Positions 1 through 11,900 of a DNA stretch of 64,000 nucleotides are shown here, piece after piece (the stretch's first letter is position 1; every line of letters begins with the position of its first letter). This DNA is from Amphiscolops sp. MND2022. Taxonomy: Eukaryota. A program made the position numbers and the translations under genes. The stretch lies in assembly GCA_964187785.1 (NCBI GenBank), contig OZ076409.1:68388001-68452000 (forward strand), read 5' to 3'. The notes below the pieces were generated by a model. It had not been told where the DNA came from. It saw only the letters and a program-made list of their open reading frames with translations, and did no database searches.

Positions 1-1430
1 TGGTTATGATGGATACGATAAACAATCCGAAGGTAATGTCATGCATACATTCTTTTCATTGCTTACAAGTTCTCAAGTGTCTCTGCTTCGGTGCTTTGTA
101 CAGGAATTTTTCAGGAAGCTCGCAATGTTGGATCTTGGTTTATAAGTTACAGGAAGTGGAAATTGTATTGATTATTTTCGTGTTTTTTCGATTTTCCTAT
201 ACCTTCGCGATTGTTGAAGGTGATAGCGAAAGTCTTTCTTCAGGAGCTTTACCTCCACGGAAGCGTCTGGAGCTGAAGCCTAGGACGGTTGCCGATCCTC
301 CAGCCTCCATGCCAAAGGCAGCTGAGAACAGACCCTCGTCCATATTCGGCAACGCCAAGCCAGTGGACACGGCCCAGAGGGAACAGGAACTAGCTGCCAA
401 AAGGGCCGAGAAAAGTGAGTATCGAAGAAATCAATGTCACCGTTTTTAAAACGAGTTTAGTTAGTTTTTGAATGGTTTAGCTTGTTTCCTACACTCCCAT
501 GATACTGAGAACTTCCCGAAGAGACTCTCTTAAAACTGGATCAGACGTTGCGCCTTAAAAATTTATGATGTTCGAAAAATGTGATAATTCAGAACCCCAA
601 TAATCATGTGAAATTACATAGAACAAAATGTGTTCATCCCGTGTGGCGAAACCATGGAATGGGTGATGGATGATTGTTGCGTTATATTGAATCGAAGTGG
701 AAATTGTGTTTATTCAGGCCAGCAGCTGTCATCTCAAAGAGGGGGTTCAGGGGTTTCATCTGGCGGCCCTGGTACAGGGGGCAAAGGAAGGGGCAGGAGT
801 GACGTATACCAACCGCCAATGCGAGGAGCAGGCGGAGTCAACCCTGTAAACAGTCATGCCTCTTCCAAAAGTGCTCATTACAACTCCAATGCCAACATGA
901 CCGGAGCAGGTGGTGGAGGACCTCGATCTAACTTTGGCGGTCCATTGAGTCCTGAAAGCCCAATGGACAACGTAAATATTTCCTTGATCACCTCAAATAG
1001 AAAACATTGCTTCTTTGGTAGTGCTTCTAAGGCTTGACAAGACACACCGACTGTGAAATGGAGAATATTTAATAATAGAATTGACGCTAAACCAATACTA
1101 CACGCTCATTATTTCTTAGTTTTCGAAATTTAAGTTAAAAAAAATTAGTATAAAGTTGACTTGGTCAAAATTTTGTTCCAGGCTGACGTTTTGAAGTAAA
1201 TTTGATGAATCAGGTGTTCATAATACTGTTTCTCGACTTCTATGTATCGTCTTTCGTCTCCATTCCGTTGCATCATGTTATGAGTACTCTATCCCCACCT
1301 TTCAATTTTTTACGGGGATACTTATCAAAATGTATATCTTTGAAGATAATGGTTCAACTTTTACTCTTTTATCCAGGGCGTGATCAACAAATTCGCCGTA
1401 TTGAATACGGACGACGACGACGATCAGTAA
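1..1430 (+). CDS. eIF4B: Eukaryotic translation initiation factor 4B-like gene, 3' part; exons <1-32, 244-414, 718-971, 1377-1430 (stop TAA 1428-1430)
   Basis: GT-AG introns join in consistent phases (1,1,0) to give ...GYDGYDKQSEGALPPRKRLELKPRTV...SSIFGNAKPVDTAQREQELAAKR...G/S-rich...GVINKFAVLNTDDDDDQ*. The RxxLxLKPR and SIFGxAKPVDTAxRE motifs and the NKFAxL-acidic tail match the eIF4B C-terminal half (eIF4H shares the first motif). Confidence 0.85.
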
Positions 1431-2570
1431 TGGTTGTGCTCTGAAACAAAAACCAACAAACACTATTTTGTAATAACACCCCAGGAAGCAATGAGAGATT
1501 GGTGCCCTCCGTGGATTTTACACCATCATGACCGATCGCTCTGAGGAGCTGCTTTCTAGCTCTGCTTCCGGAACTGTTTGCGAAGCTAACTTCTGTTGTA
1601 CTTCTGGATTATTTGATAGGTGTAATTTGATGACAACAGTGATTGTTTTTTTTTCGTTCTTCTTCCGCCATGTGCCCACCTCGGACCTGTAAATAACGTG
1701 AATAAATGTGAACTATACTACCCTAGACGACACTTTGTCCTACACTATCAACCGCCCCCGAGACTTTCTTCTGACTTGCGTATATATAAAACAGACCTTC
1801 AATCATTTGTATAAGGACCGTGCTCTGCCGTTCTTCTGCTGACGACAGACAACCGACTGTAATCAAGATGAAGTTCTGGCAGCAATAGCACGTTGTCGTT
1901 GTTGTGATAGAAGAAACTTATTTTTGGTGATTTTGTGATTTTTTCTAATTAGAGTTTGTTTAAAGTAGCTAATGACTTTTTGATAGCAGAATGTACCACG
2001 CCATTATTGCGCCTCTCGAGCGAGAAAGAGTCACAGTGGTGTGTGTATTGTATGTACATGTACCTAACTACCTACCATTCACTGTGTACGCTTTCTGGCC
2101 CTGTTGCTGTTTATAAATTTCACTGGGCTAGTGGGCGGCCCGGCCTCCAGGACCTTTCGAAATTGTCTTAATTTGAATTCACCCTAATTAATGGTAAAGT
2201 GGATAATGACGTAATTCTCTTCTCTTTATTTCCTGCTCCTACTCCCTTTTTGGTGTGTTAATGTCTTATTTCTCGTCTCCTCCTCGTTTTCTTTGGATTT
2301 ATTATGTCATTTTATACTGCGATCAACCTGCGCGTTTGACTTCGAACAACAACAACAGGTGCTGAGAGAAGGGCGGAAAACCGGAAAGAGGCTCAAAGTC
2401 GTCTTGAAGTGTTCTTCCCTTCTCAGTATTTTCATTAGAGTGGTTATTAATAACAACTTAAAGTGAAGTAAATTTCTGATGAACTTGACCCGAAATTATT
2501 GTTTAATCATCGCATTTTTACATGTATTTGAAATTATATTGGATCATAATGTCACTGTCTAATAATGAAT

Positions 2571-2930
2571 ACTCGTATTATTATGATATTATTACTATTG
2601 TTAATGATATTGGAAAATGAAATATTTTTATATGTAAACTTTTCTTTTCAATTCACAAATCTGAGATTGTCTCAAGATTATTATTATTATTATTATTACT
2701 CGTATTATTATGATATTATTACTATTGTTAATGATATTGGAAAATGAAATATTTTTATATGTAAACTTTTCTTTTCAATTCACAAATCTGAGATTGTCTC
2801 AAGATTATTATTATTATTATTATTACTCGTATTATTATGATATTATTACTATTGTTAATGATATTGGAAAATGAAATATTTTTATATGTAAACTTTTCTT
2901 TTCAATTCACAAATCTGAGATTGTCTCAAG
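2571..2930. repeat. Tandem repeat, 127-bp unit, ~2.8 near-identical copies, AT-rich with (TAT)n
   Basis: ACTCGTATTATTATG...GAGATTGTCTCAAG recurs at 2571, 2698 and 2825. Confidence 0.95.
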
Positions 2931-3157
2931 CCACAAAGCTCGAGATGGTCGCCACAAATCGAAAGTTGACCGGTTGGTTTCACAAAATCAACAAATTTTC
3001 CTGAAATGGTTGAATGAAAGTCAGAAAAGTCTATTGAAAAAACACTTCTGAATATGGACAAATGACTGGAAACTATGAAAGGAGAATAGAGGTTTCTTTG
3101 CTCGAACGCTCGATTTCATATCTTCAACTCATCTGATGGGCTATTTCACTGTATTTA

Positions 3158-3667
3158 CACCGTTTCCGCGTTGAGTGAAGCATATCAGATGTTGAGTGAA
3201 TCGTCTCGGCTTTCGTTCCAAATTTTCAGCCAATCACCGGCCACCAAACTAAAAATGCTTTACAATCAGAAGTCAAGTGAACAATATCAGCTTCCAAGTG
3301 AGTTAGCGAATAAGAATCACCAACGACGCTTTCAAATTGACCAGACGCTGACCAAAGAATGCTGTACATGTACACAAAATCGTATGCGGCATTCGCTTAC
3401 ACTTTCATTCAAGCTGCGATTTCGTTCACATTATTTGAGATTTGCTGTAGCAAGCTAATCAATTTCTATTGGTTGTTCATTTAACATCTGATGTGCTTCA
3501 TTTAACGTGGAAACGGTGTACATATACACAAAATCGTATGCGGCGTTCGCTTACATTTTTATTCAAGCTTTCGTTCACATTATTTGAGATTTGCTGTAGC
3601 AAGCTAATCAATTTCTATTGGTTGTTCATTTAATATCTGATATGTTTCATTTAACGCGGAAACTGTG
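3158..3667. mobile_element. MITE with ~45-bp TIRs and TA flanks; right half tandemly duplicated (~150 bp)
   Basis: Left end TA|CACCGTTTCCGCGTTGAGTGAAGCATATCAGATG is the reverse complement of ends at 3518 (...CGTGGAAACGGTG|TA) and 3667 (...CGCGGAAACTGTG|TA); segment ~3371-3520 repeats at ~3525-3669. Confidence 0.75.
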
Positions 3668-4461
3668 TATACAACCGAGATGAAATATAGCAGTTTTTCG
3701 CTTTTTCTTGAAAGTCGTTTCTCCCTGAAATGTTTCTAATTTCCTGGCTTGCAACCAATGTTTTTGAGAGATAACTTGGTTTAAAATTAATATGCATATC
3801 CTCATGAATTATTTGAGTTTTCATAAGTTTTCGTATTGATACCGATAAGTTTCAAATTATGAAATAGGCTGTAGGAACTTTTTATTCAAAGGCTTCCTTC
3901 AACCGTGTAGTAACCTTTGGGAAGTTAAATTGGCGTGGAAATGGTTCTTTTGTTTGTGTATGAAGTGTTTTTCTTTTAAATAGCCAGATAATTGTTCATT
4001 ATATAAGTGTAGAATTTCGACAGTTTTCATTTTTTTTCAAAACTCCCACTCAATTTCTTCGGCATTGTTCCCTAGTTGGGAAATAAGCACCTCCAGATTG
4101 ATCCTAATGGAAATCATTTTGAGATTTTGATTTTGTTGAGAAATACTCGCTCGAAAGTAACGAAATTGTCACTTTGACTCTAATTATGGTTAAGTAATTT
4201 AATTACTACTTGGTTAAGGTTGATCAACATGGTTACGGTTAATTTACCAATTTTTTTCGAAAAGAACTTCGTCAAAAGTTCCTGAATAACCGTGGCCTGA
4301 ATAATTCAGGATGGAAATTATCTCTTTATTTAGCAGGTGCATTGCTTCAATAATAATGGCCAAAATAGGTTTTTGAATTGAGAAAGTTGGTCTGAACTCT
4401 CACAGAATATTCATAGTAATTGCATTACCGAACATTGCCAAATCAATTTTTCGTCAGAAAT

Positions 4462-5626
4462 AAGCCGGGACCGGCCCAAGTCGGCGCCATATCAAAAAAT
4501 AGCAAAAGGACTCCGAAGTGTCAAATTATTGATGAATTGAGGACCCTTTGGTGAGTTTTTTTTGAAAAAAGTCCCACAATGCCGAAAAAACTCGCCCGGT
4601 ATTGTATGTTGCGCGGAAAAAAGGATAAACATCTTTGGTTCAGTTACCTGGGCCAACAGGAACAATTTAAAATTTTGTAGAACTTTTGGTGGAATTATTT
4701 TGGTCACCTCAGGTGTATCGAAAAAACAAGCCGGGAACGGCCAAAGTCGGCGCTATATTTAAGGCTTAAAAAGCGCAAAGTTTCTAAAATATACATGGAC
4801 ATTTTTATGGAAAGCTTCGAGAACAGTTTCGAGACGCCCAAAGGGTGCCTTTCATTCTCAATAAGAGTCAGACCACATTTCCCGGAAACATTTTTTTTTG
4901 AAAAAATGGATTTTTTTCTTAAGGAAAACGTCGCATAGTGCCGAAAACCTTAGGAGTCTTCTGTGCTCGCAAAAACGATTCGTTCCTAGTAAAAGTTGAA
5001 GGCTGCCCTGTACAAGCAAGTTAGAAAAAAGTTACATGGAAAAAAACGCCAGCCTTAAAAAACATATCAGATATAGCGTGCTAATAAAACCTAATTTTAA
5101 GACGAAAAGTGATCATTTTGAAAAATCTTACAATGCCGAAAATTGGAAAAAAAGGGGAGCCTTTAGAATTTTTGGAAAAAATCAAAAATGAGAATTTTTA
5201 ATAGTCTTATAAAGCCGAAAAATGTAAAAGGGGGACTCTTTGGGATTTATTGACATTCATTCTGTAGCAAACTATCATAAAATTGAAGCGAGGCCCTTTG
5301 GCGCAATCAAAAATTTCTCGAAAGTCTTAGTGTCGAAAAACAAAGTTAAAATCAAGATAGCCAAAGGGGGATCCTTAGTATGTTGTCGAAGTTCTGGACG
5401 TTGTTTTTGTTTTTTTTTGCTTCGAATGTGGCTCTGACGCTTCGAGTTCGAGTACGTTTTGAACATTCAAGTTGTTGAACAAATGAACAAAAAAGTGGAC
5501 CTTACGCGATTAAAAACTACCCATTGTAAGAGTCGGGGCACTTTTCTTCAGAAGCGCCGACTAAAAACACTGACGGAAAGCCATGACTATAGTAGACACT
5601 TTTCTTAAGATAAGCGCTGACTAAAA
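4462..5626 (-). mobile_element. Helentron-associated non-autonomous element (HINE family A), with a second family-A copy nested at 4726-5567
   Basis: Plus strand reads (ac)AAG-hairpin-AAGTCGGCGC ... GCGC(C/T)GACTAAAA: asymmetric subterminal inverted repeats, terminal hairpin, A/T-run target and no TSD. Confidence 0.75.
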
Positions 5627-5659
5627 TGAAAGCTTCAATTTTTTGAACGGAAAAGTAAA

Positions 5660-6207
5660 ACAAGACGAGATCGTCTCAAGTCGGCGCCATATCTAAGGCT
5701 CAAAAAAATTCAAGGAACAACTATTGGAAACATTTGCAAAAAAATTTTTTTTCAAAAAAATTATTTTTTGAAATTTTTTTTTTCGAAACAAGTATTTTTT
5801 AAGTCGCACAATGCCGAAAAACTCAAAAAGAGGCCATTCAGGCTCATTAAACGTTTTTACAAACCGAAAACTTCAAAAAATGCAAGGGGGTACCCTTTGA
5901 TAGAATCCGAAAATTTTCGAAAAAAAGTCGCATAGTACCGAAAAAAAACCAAATAAAAAAAACGAAACGAAAAAAACCTTTGGTCTCGCATCTACTTTTG
6001 GAAGCATAAAAAATGTGGTTTAGTGCGAGAATCGAACCCACGATCTCCTGTTTCTCAGAAATTAGTTGAACAAATGTGAACAAATGAACAAAGATTGTAA
6101 GAAAAGTGGACCACTCAGTGAGATTGTCAACTGAAAAAAAAACAAAAAAAACTACTCACTAAGAGTCGAGCTTTTTTCCTCAAGGGAAAAGGCGCCGACT
6201 AAAAAAA
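5660..6207 (-). mobile_element. HINE family A copy
   Basis: ACAAGACGAGATCGTCTCAAGTCGGCGCC ... GGCGCCGACTAAAAAAA. Confidence 0.75.
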
Positions 6208-6980
6208 CAGTGGCAAGAAACATTATTGAACATAATTGATGCTCTTGAGATCTTAGTTGAACTTAGCGGAACTGTTTTGGTTATTTCGTCTGAAAAACAC
6301 AAAAGGCGCATTGGAACTGCGAAACTCTCCCTACACTGTTAAATCAAGATTTGTGATTTTTTCTTGAAAAATTATTGTTGAAAAAGATAACTGCCAAAAT
6401 TACCCAAATATGCGACCCTTCTTGCTCAAAATAAAGTTTTCTGAATTGTTTTCAAAGAAACACGAAGTAGCGAACCTCCAGTGAATAGGAAAAATCTCGT
6501 ACAAAGTACGAAACAGCCGAAAAAACCGTAGGTCGTTTCCACAATTTTTGAGAAAAATCGCATCATCTCCACATGCCCAAAAGAAAACTCTTGAAGCTCT
6601 GAAAATCAGTTTTTTAGAGAAAACCTCAAAAAGTAACATGTGTGAAAAAAATCCAAAAAATGTTTCGGCAAGTCACATAGCCTCAAATTTTTTTAAGTTT
6701 TCTTTTCTGGCAAAACGATTTGTTCAGCTGAAAGTCGAAGGGGGTCATTTGGAGGAAAAAATCGCATAATGCTGAAAGAACCACAGAGGTCATTTGGTCT
6801 CCTTTTACATTTTCAAGGGTTAAAAAATTTGGTAGAGTAGATAAATGAACCACGTACACTGAGAGAAACTCACTCACCACGCGAAGAGGCTCGCCCTAAC
6901 CTCTACGCAAAGTACTTTGGGTGCTACAAAAATTTCCCGTCAAAATTAAGATTTTCGTTTTTGGAGACTGCGAAATGTAA

Positions 6981-8068
6981 ACAAGCCGGGAACGGCAAAT
7001 GTCGGTGCCCCGCTCAAGGGTAAAAAGCACAGTTTTGAAATTTGCAAATTGACACTATGGTGAAAAATTCATCAAAGGCACAATGTTGGAAAATACCTGA
7101 ATGGGTAAGCATAAGTCTCGAAAACCGCTTTTCCTTAACATGAAACATCAAAGAACTGAATTTGTGGAAAAGGTCAATTTTTTCGAAAATGTTTTTCTTT
7201 GCGACAAAGGTCTCAAAGTCTCGAAGAAGGAACTTTAACCTCGGCAAACCTTTTTTCAGGTCAAAGAACGTTATTAAAGTGCAGGGTACTTTCGACCAAA
7301 TGGAATTTGACCCGAAAAACTTCCCACAGTGCCAAAGAAAGCTTGGGTCTTTTCCACAATCATTGAGAAAACAGAGGAGTTCCAGAGGATCAAACAATTT
7401 TTCAAAAAATATGTCATGGTGCCAAAAAACGCATATGAGGGGACCCTTTGGGCTATTTCATTATCCAGTTTTCATCATCAAAAGTTCGGATATAGCGTGT
7501 TGGGCCACATTGGAGCGCTTTGTTTCGAATATCGGCCTCCTCTTTAGTGAACCGCAACTTACTTCGGATATAACGTCAAAAATTCGAATAGTATTGATAT
7601 AAAAATATGGTGGAACTAATTTGCGAAAACCTAATTTCAGAGAAAAATGAAATTTTCCATAGTCTAATAGTGCCGAAAAATGTGGAAAATGTAAAAAGGG
7701 GGAAACATCCAATTTCTTGATCAAAGAAAGTCAACGAAATTGAATGGGGAACCTTTGGAGACATTGAAAATTTTTCGAAAAAGGTCACATAGTCCCCAAA
7801 AATCGAAAGGCTACCCTTTAGTCTCGTCCGGGTGTGTATGTTACGTTGAAAATCAAAAAAAAATGAAAGGGGAGCCCATTTGCACTGGCATAGATGCGTT
7901 TCGAGGTGTTCGTTTGGTTGAACAAACTGAACAAAAAATGTCCAAATTTAATGAAAAAAAATAGACAATGCAATAGCCGGGATCTTTTTTCTTACGAAAG
8001 GCCCTGACTGAAAAGAGTCACTGTAAGAGCTGGCTTTATTTGTTTACACAAAAATCGCCAACTAAAAA
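6981..8068 (-). mobile_element. HINE family A copy (diverged, possibly composite)
   Basis: ACAAGCCGGGAACGGC...GTCGGTGC start; CGCCAACTAAAAA end; shares internal ATAGTGCCGAAAAA and GGACCCTTT blocks with other copies. Confidence 0.6.
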
Positions 8069-8521
8069 CTTTTGCGAAAAACACGTACAATGAGCCATAT
8101 TTCATAGCTATAGCGTCGACTAAAACCCCAAGTGGAGCAATTCAAACTAGATTATAGTAAACAAAATCATGTTCACTGGCTGTTAATTATAGCGTTTGGT
8201 TACGCGTTAGGCGCAGCTGAAAAGCACAATTCAAAAACCGTTTTAGAAACACCGAGTCTTGAAAAAACGGAACAAGGGCCCAAGTCGGTACCCCGATCAA
8301 GGCTCAAAATGGTTTTTAAATATGAAAAGGGACACTAATGTGAAAAAAAATACAGTGCTGAAAACATTCAAAGAAAAACCAATAAGACTCGAAATCCGCT
8401 TTTTCCTGAATTAACAAAAAAAAACAATTTTTGATAAAATATTTTGGAAAGTCTCATAGTGCCAAAAAAAGAACTTTGAGCTCTCAAAAACCTTTTTTGA
8501 AGTCGAAAAGATTTATTAAAG

Positions 8522-8794
8522 TGTTTTAGGGTAGTTTCCAGTAAAGTAACGCCCTATTGTATAATTCAGTTTTCACTGTGAAGTGTATGTTTCAGGTAAA
8601 AGACGAGAAGCAATACTTTAAAGACCATATGGTGACTGAGCGGATCTCAAACTTCAAGCTCTATAATTTAACCAGTACATTATTTGTAAATATATAAGAT
8701 AAAATGTACAACTTGTTGGTAAAGTTTACGTCACTCATATGTTGTTTTTAATTTAGTGTTTTGTTCTTTGCTTCTTTGATTGAGCCCTGTCACA
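8522..8794 (-). repeat. 3' LTR of Gypsy 1 (273 bp)
   Basis: Near-identical to 13677-13954; by eye one 5-bp indel and about one substitution. Confidence 0.95.
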
Positions 8795-8909
8795 CTCCTC
8801 CTTCGTTTCTTGACGTTCAGTCATGAAATTGAACATAAATAATTTGGCTCTGTAAGTTTCTGTTGCTTCTAAGTTTTTCTATTTCCTTTAGCTGCTTCTC
8901 GTAGCTACT

Positions 8910-11900
8910 TTAGTTTTCATCCGTTGATGAACTGATAGTGATGATTTCGGGGAGTTGTTCTCCTTGTTCAACTCCACAGATCAAAACCGGGTTTCCGAAG
9001 TAATTTGGGGTTTTTCGTTCTCTTCTTGGTCTGTCGCTCGTTTGTTGACTTGCCGTTTCTTCTTCTGATTTTGGTTCTTCTTTTGGCTGTTTTTCCCAGT
9101 TTGTTGTGGCTTTTATTGGTGCCTTTTGTCGCCTCCTTTCCTCCTCTTCGTCGGTTGAGTCTGGTTCTAGTAGTTGTTGCCAGTTTTGTAGTCTGTGGAA
9201 CTCTTTTGGGAGTTTGGATTTTTTTCTTTTCATTCACTTTAGCTGGTTGTGGCTTTTTGATTGGTTCGCTGTCAGTGCTTGGTGTTCGTCTTTCCCATTG
9301 TGCGTCTGCGGTTGGTTGGCTTGTTGTAGCTTCTTGGTTTTGTGCTGTTCGCGCCTCATTTGTATTTGCCATCGCTACGTCTCGCTTGCTGTATATAGTT
9401 GGTCGCCGTTTCTTGCCGCTCACTGTGATTGTGTGATCTGTTTCTTTTGTGATCACCCCTTTTTTCTTCTTGTAGAGTCCGTCCAGCTTCGTACCTCTTG
9501 CACGTTCTCTCACCAGTATTTCCGAGTCTTGTTCCCCCGGAAAGTCTGACAGTTCCAATTGGAAGTTGTTGTCGTTTTCTGAAACATTGTAGTTATTTCT
9601 TGGTTTTGTAGTAATAATATCTTTTACAGTCGTGAATTTCCGATTGTTATGTAGTTCTGCGGCGCAAAGTTTATTTTGTCGTTTCGCACCTCTTAGTGCG
9701 TAGAGCATTTCTGATAATCCTGTGTTATCTTTTTCTAGTATTATTTTCTTGTTTGCTCGTAGTCGTTCGTTTATCGTCCTTATTAGTCTTTCGACTTTTC
9801 AATTACCTTTGTGGTCATTTACTGGGCATGTAATATGTTTTATGAAATATTTTTCGCAAAATTCTTTAAATTTATTGCTGGTAAAAGCTGTGCCGGGGTC
9901 TGTCCTTATTTGTTTGGGAATTCCGTTATCTGCTATATATCTTTGTAAAAATTCGATTACTTTTCGTGTTGTCGGTGCTCTTAGAAACTTTGCATCTTGC
10001 CATCCGGTTTTACTATCAATCGATACGATTAAGTATCTTTTTGAGCTTGCTGCTATTTTGAACGGTCCTGCGAAGTCGATTGCAATTTCATCGTTAGTTT
10101 CTTCCGGCGTTGGTATTTTTCCAAAATTATTTTGTTTTAATATTGGTTTTATCGACTTACCGGCTTCTTGGCAGTTTGGGCAGCTTTTGGCTAGAAGTGT
10201 GATGTCACGGTGAATGCGTGGCCACCAGATGTCGCTGATCTGTTGGAGCATCGCGTCTCTGCCGGGATGTCCCCAGTGTAACGAATTTTTGATTGGTGCT
10301 TGCAGTATTTTTGGGATTACGAGCCGGTCGTCGAGATTTAGTAAGTCGTTTTCGTCTAACGATAATGCTTGAAATCTTTCACGCCATGGGCTGTCTAAAG
10401 CCTTTATTTTCCCTTTTGTTGGATTTTTCACGATTCCGATAACTTTCTGTGAAAACTCGTCGTCTAGATAATTTGCGGCTAGTAAATTTTGTCCAATTTG
10501 GTTGGCGAACTTTAGTTTGGGTTGTAATTTACTTGAGACTTGATAAATACCAGTACCTGGTAAATTGTCTGCTGAGTAGGCTTGTCCCATTTTGTTGGCG
10601 GCGTTTGAATTTTCGTATTTCTTGCTTTCGCGTGCGTTTGATTGTTTGCCTTGTATTGGCCAATGTGCACTCTTACTTCGTTCGTCACTTCTTTTCAGCT
10701 TTAGCCAACTCCGCCCTCTGATTAGTTCGTTTAATTCATTCACTAAAACGGCATTCAAGTTGTTTACGTGTTTCACTGTGAACCATGTATTCCAAAGTTC
10801 AGTTGCTTTTACGCTTTCTCCTTCAATTGGTGATGGGTGGCGTGAGAGGTAGTCGGCGATTCCCATCGTTCTGCCTGGTGCATGGGCTATTTCAAATTCA
10901 AATGGGAGTAGGCGATCCACCCATCGTGTTAGTCGGCTTGAGTATGTTTTATTATTTTTATTTCCTTTAAGTACTGACGCCAGTGTTTTGTGGTCTGAAA
11001 TTATTTGGAATTTTGTTCCGTATAAATAATTTTTGAAATGTTCTATCGCCCATACGATGGCGAGTAATTCTAGTTCGTTTTAGAATATTTACTTTCTAAT
11101 GGCGTTAAAAATCTCGATGCGAAATGTATTGGTCTCCAGTTGTTTTCGTTATTTTCGTCTGTTTGTTGTAGTACAGCGCCTAATCCGGCTTTGCTTTCAT
11201 CGCAAATGATTCTGATTGGGCTGCTTCTTTTGAAGTGTCCTACTTCTGCGACTTGTCTTACTTTTTCATTTATTAGGTTAAATGCTTTGTCGTGTTTTTC
11301 GCCCCAATTCCAGGGTTGATCCTTTTTCCATAGTGGACGTGGTTCATGGCAAAGTTGCGCCAAGTTTGGTATGAACCGATTTAGTTGGTTCACTGCTCCT
11401 AGGTATGATCGAAGTTCTTTTAAACTTTTCGGTGTCAGTTTTTCCGTTATGGCTTGAACTTTGGAGTTTATTGGTTTTATTCCTGTTTGGGATAATTTGT
11501 ACCCCAACCAGTTGATCTCTTCCGCCGAAAATTTACATTTTTCCCGTTTTAGTCTGATATTAGCGTTATCTAGCTTTTTCAGAACTTGTTTTACTGTTTC
11601 GAAGTGTTTTTCCTTTGAGCCCCGTGTTACGATTAATATATCATCTAGAAACACGTATGTGTTTGGGATGTTTCCCAACTCTTGGTCCATGGCCCTTTGG
11701 AATTCTGTGGGCATTGTAGTGAGCCCATAGAATCCTGTTACGAACCTGTATGTGCCGTTGGCTTTCCCACCTATAATTTGAAAATTACAGTGTTTTGATG
11801 TTTCTTCATCAAGCGGCACTTGTCCATACGCGTAGCGCATGTCAAGTGATGTGTAAAGTGCCTTTCCGTTTTCTTTGTTGTCTAATTGCTCTGCTACTAA

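Noticed and set aside
6..449. 147-aa ORF as a single-exon gene
   Set aside because: Only 244-414 is exon; the N-terminal part is intron read-through, and exon 1-32 uses a different frame.
4287..4310. TGGCCTGAATAATT as the left TIR of the Tc1 fossil (partner at 22074-22098)
   Set aside because: The match is 13/14 only, with no CAGT/TA terminus, and lies 10 kb from the transposase; too weak without an alignment.
4492..8338. Many short Lys/Phe-rich ORFs
   Set aside because: They are chance frames in A/T-run-rich HINE repeats with no recognisable motifs.
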